A stretch of 62,402 nucleotides of DNA from Octopus bimaculoides (lineage: Eukaryota): the NCBI RefSeq assembly GCF_001194135.2, contig NC_068986.1, positions 76,232,363 through 76,294,764 on the forward strand, in the 5' to 3' direction. Positions 62,338-62,402 of this stretch are shown here, piece by piece. Both the position numbers and the translations under genes were made by a program. Numbering within the stretch: the stretch's first letter is position 1; each line of letters begins with the position of its first letter. Below the pieces are notes generated by a model. That model saw only the letters and a list, made by a program, of their open reading frames with translations. It was not told the DNA's origin and did not search any database.

Positions 62338-62402
<65 letters not shown>

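Overview
AT-rich, microsatellite- and SINE-dense eukaryotic draft-assembly DNA with many N gaps. The repeat families look like those of an octopus (inference from recognition, not from a search). The only protein-coding gene I can support is a phosphorylase kinase catalytic gamma subunit (PHKG1/2 orthologue) on the minus strand. Eight coding exons (43528-43434, 21048-20870, 9448-9394, 7017-6952, 5203-5131, 4570-4480, 2853-2763, 210-181) all have GT-AG borders and splice in frame to about 226 aa of kinase domain. The 3' exons lie left of the window, and the non-coding first exon/promoter probably lies near or beyond the CpG-retaining right end. The introns hold tRNA-type SINE families, RTE and CR1-like LINE fragments, a Penelope-like GIY-YIG fragment, mariner-, piggyBac- and Sola-like MITEs, a probable LTR remnant, and minisatellites. 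Most notable: (1) a degenerate minimal hammerhead-ribozyme motif downstream of the Penelope fragment; (2) two large foldback elements whose arms carry hammerhead-core words; (3) a perfect 7-unit heat-shock element; (4) a 16-codon uORF just ahead of the kinase start; (5) a minisatellite with nine perfect AP-1 sites; (6) several perfect intronic hairpins. No CRISPR, rRNA or true tRNA genes were seen. All alignments and counts were done by eye.
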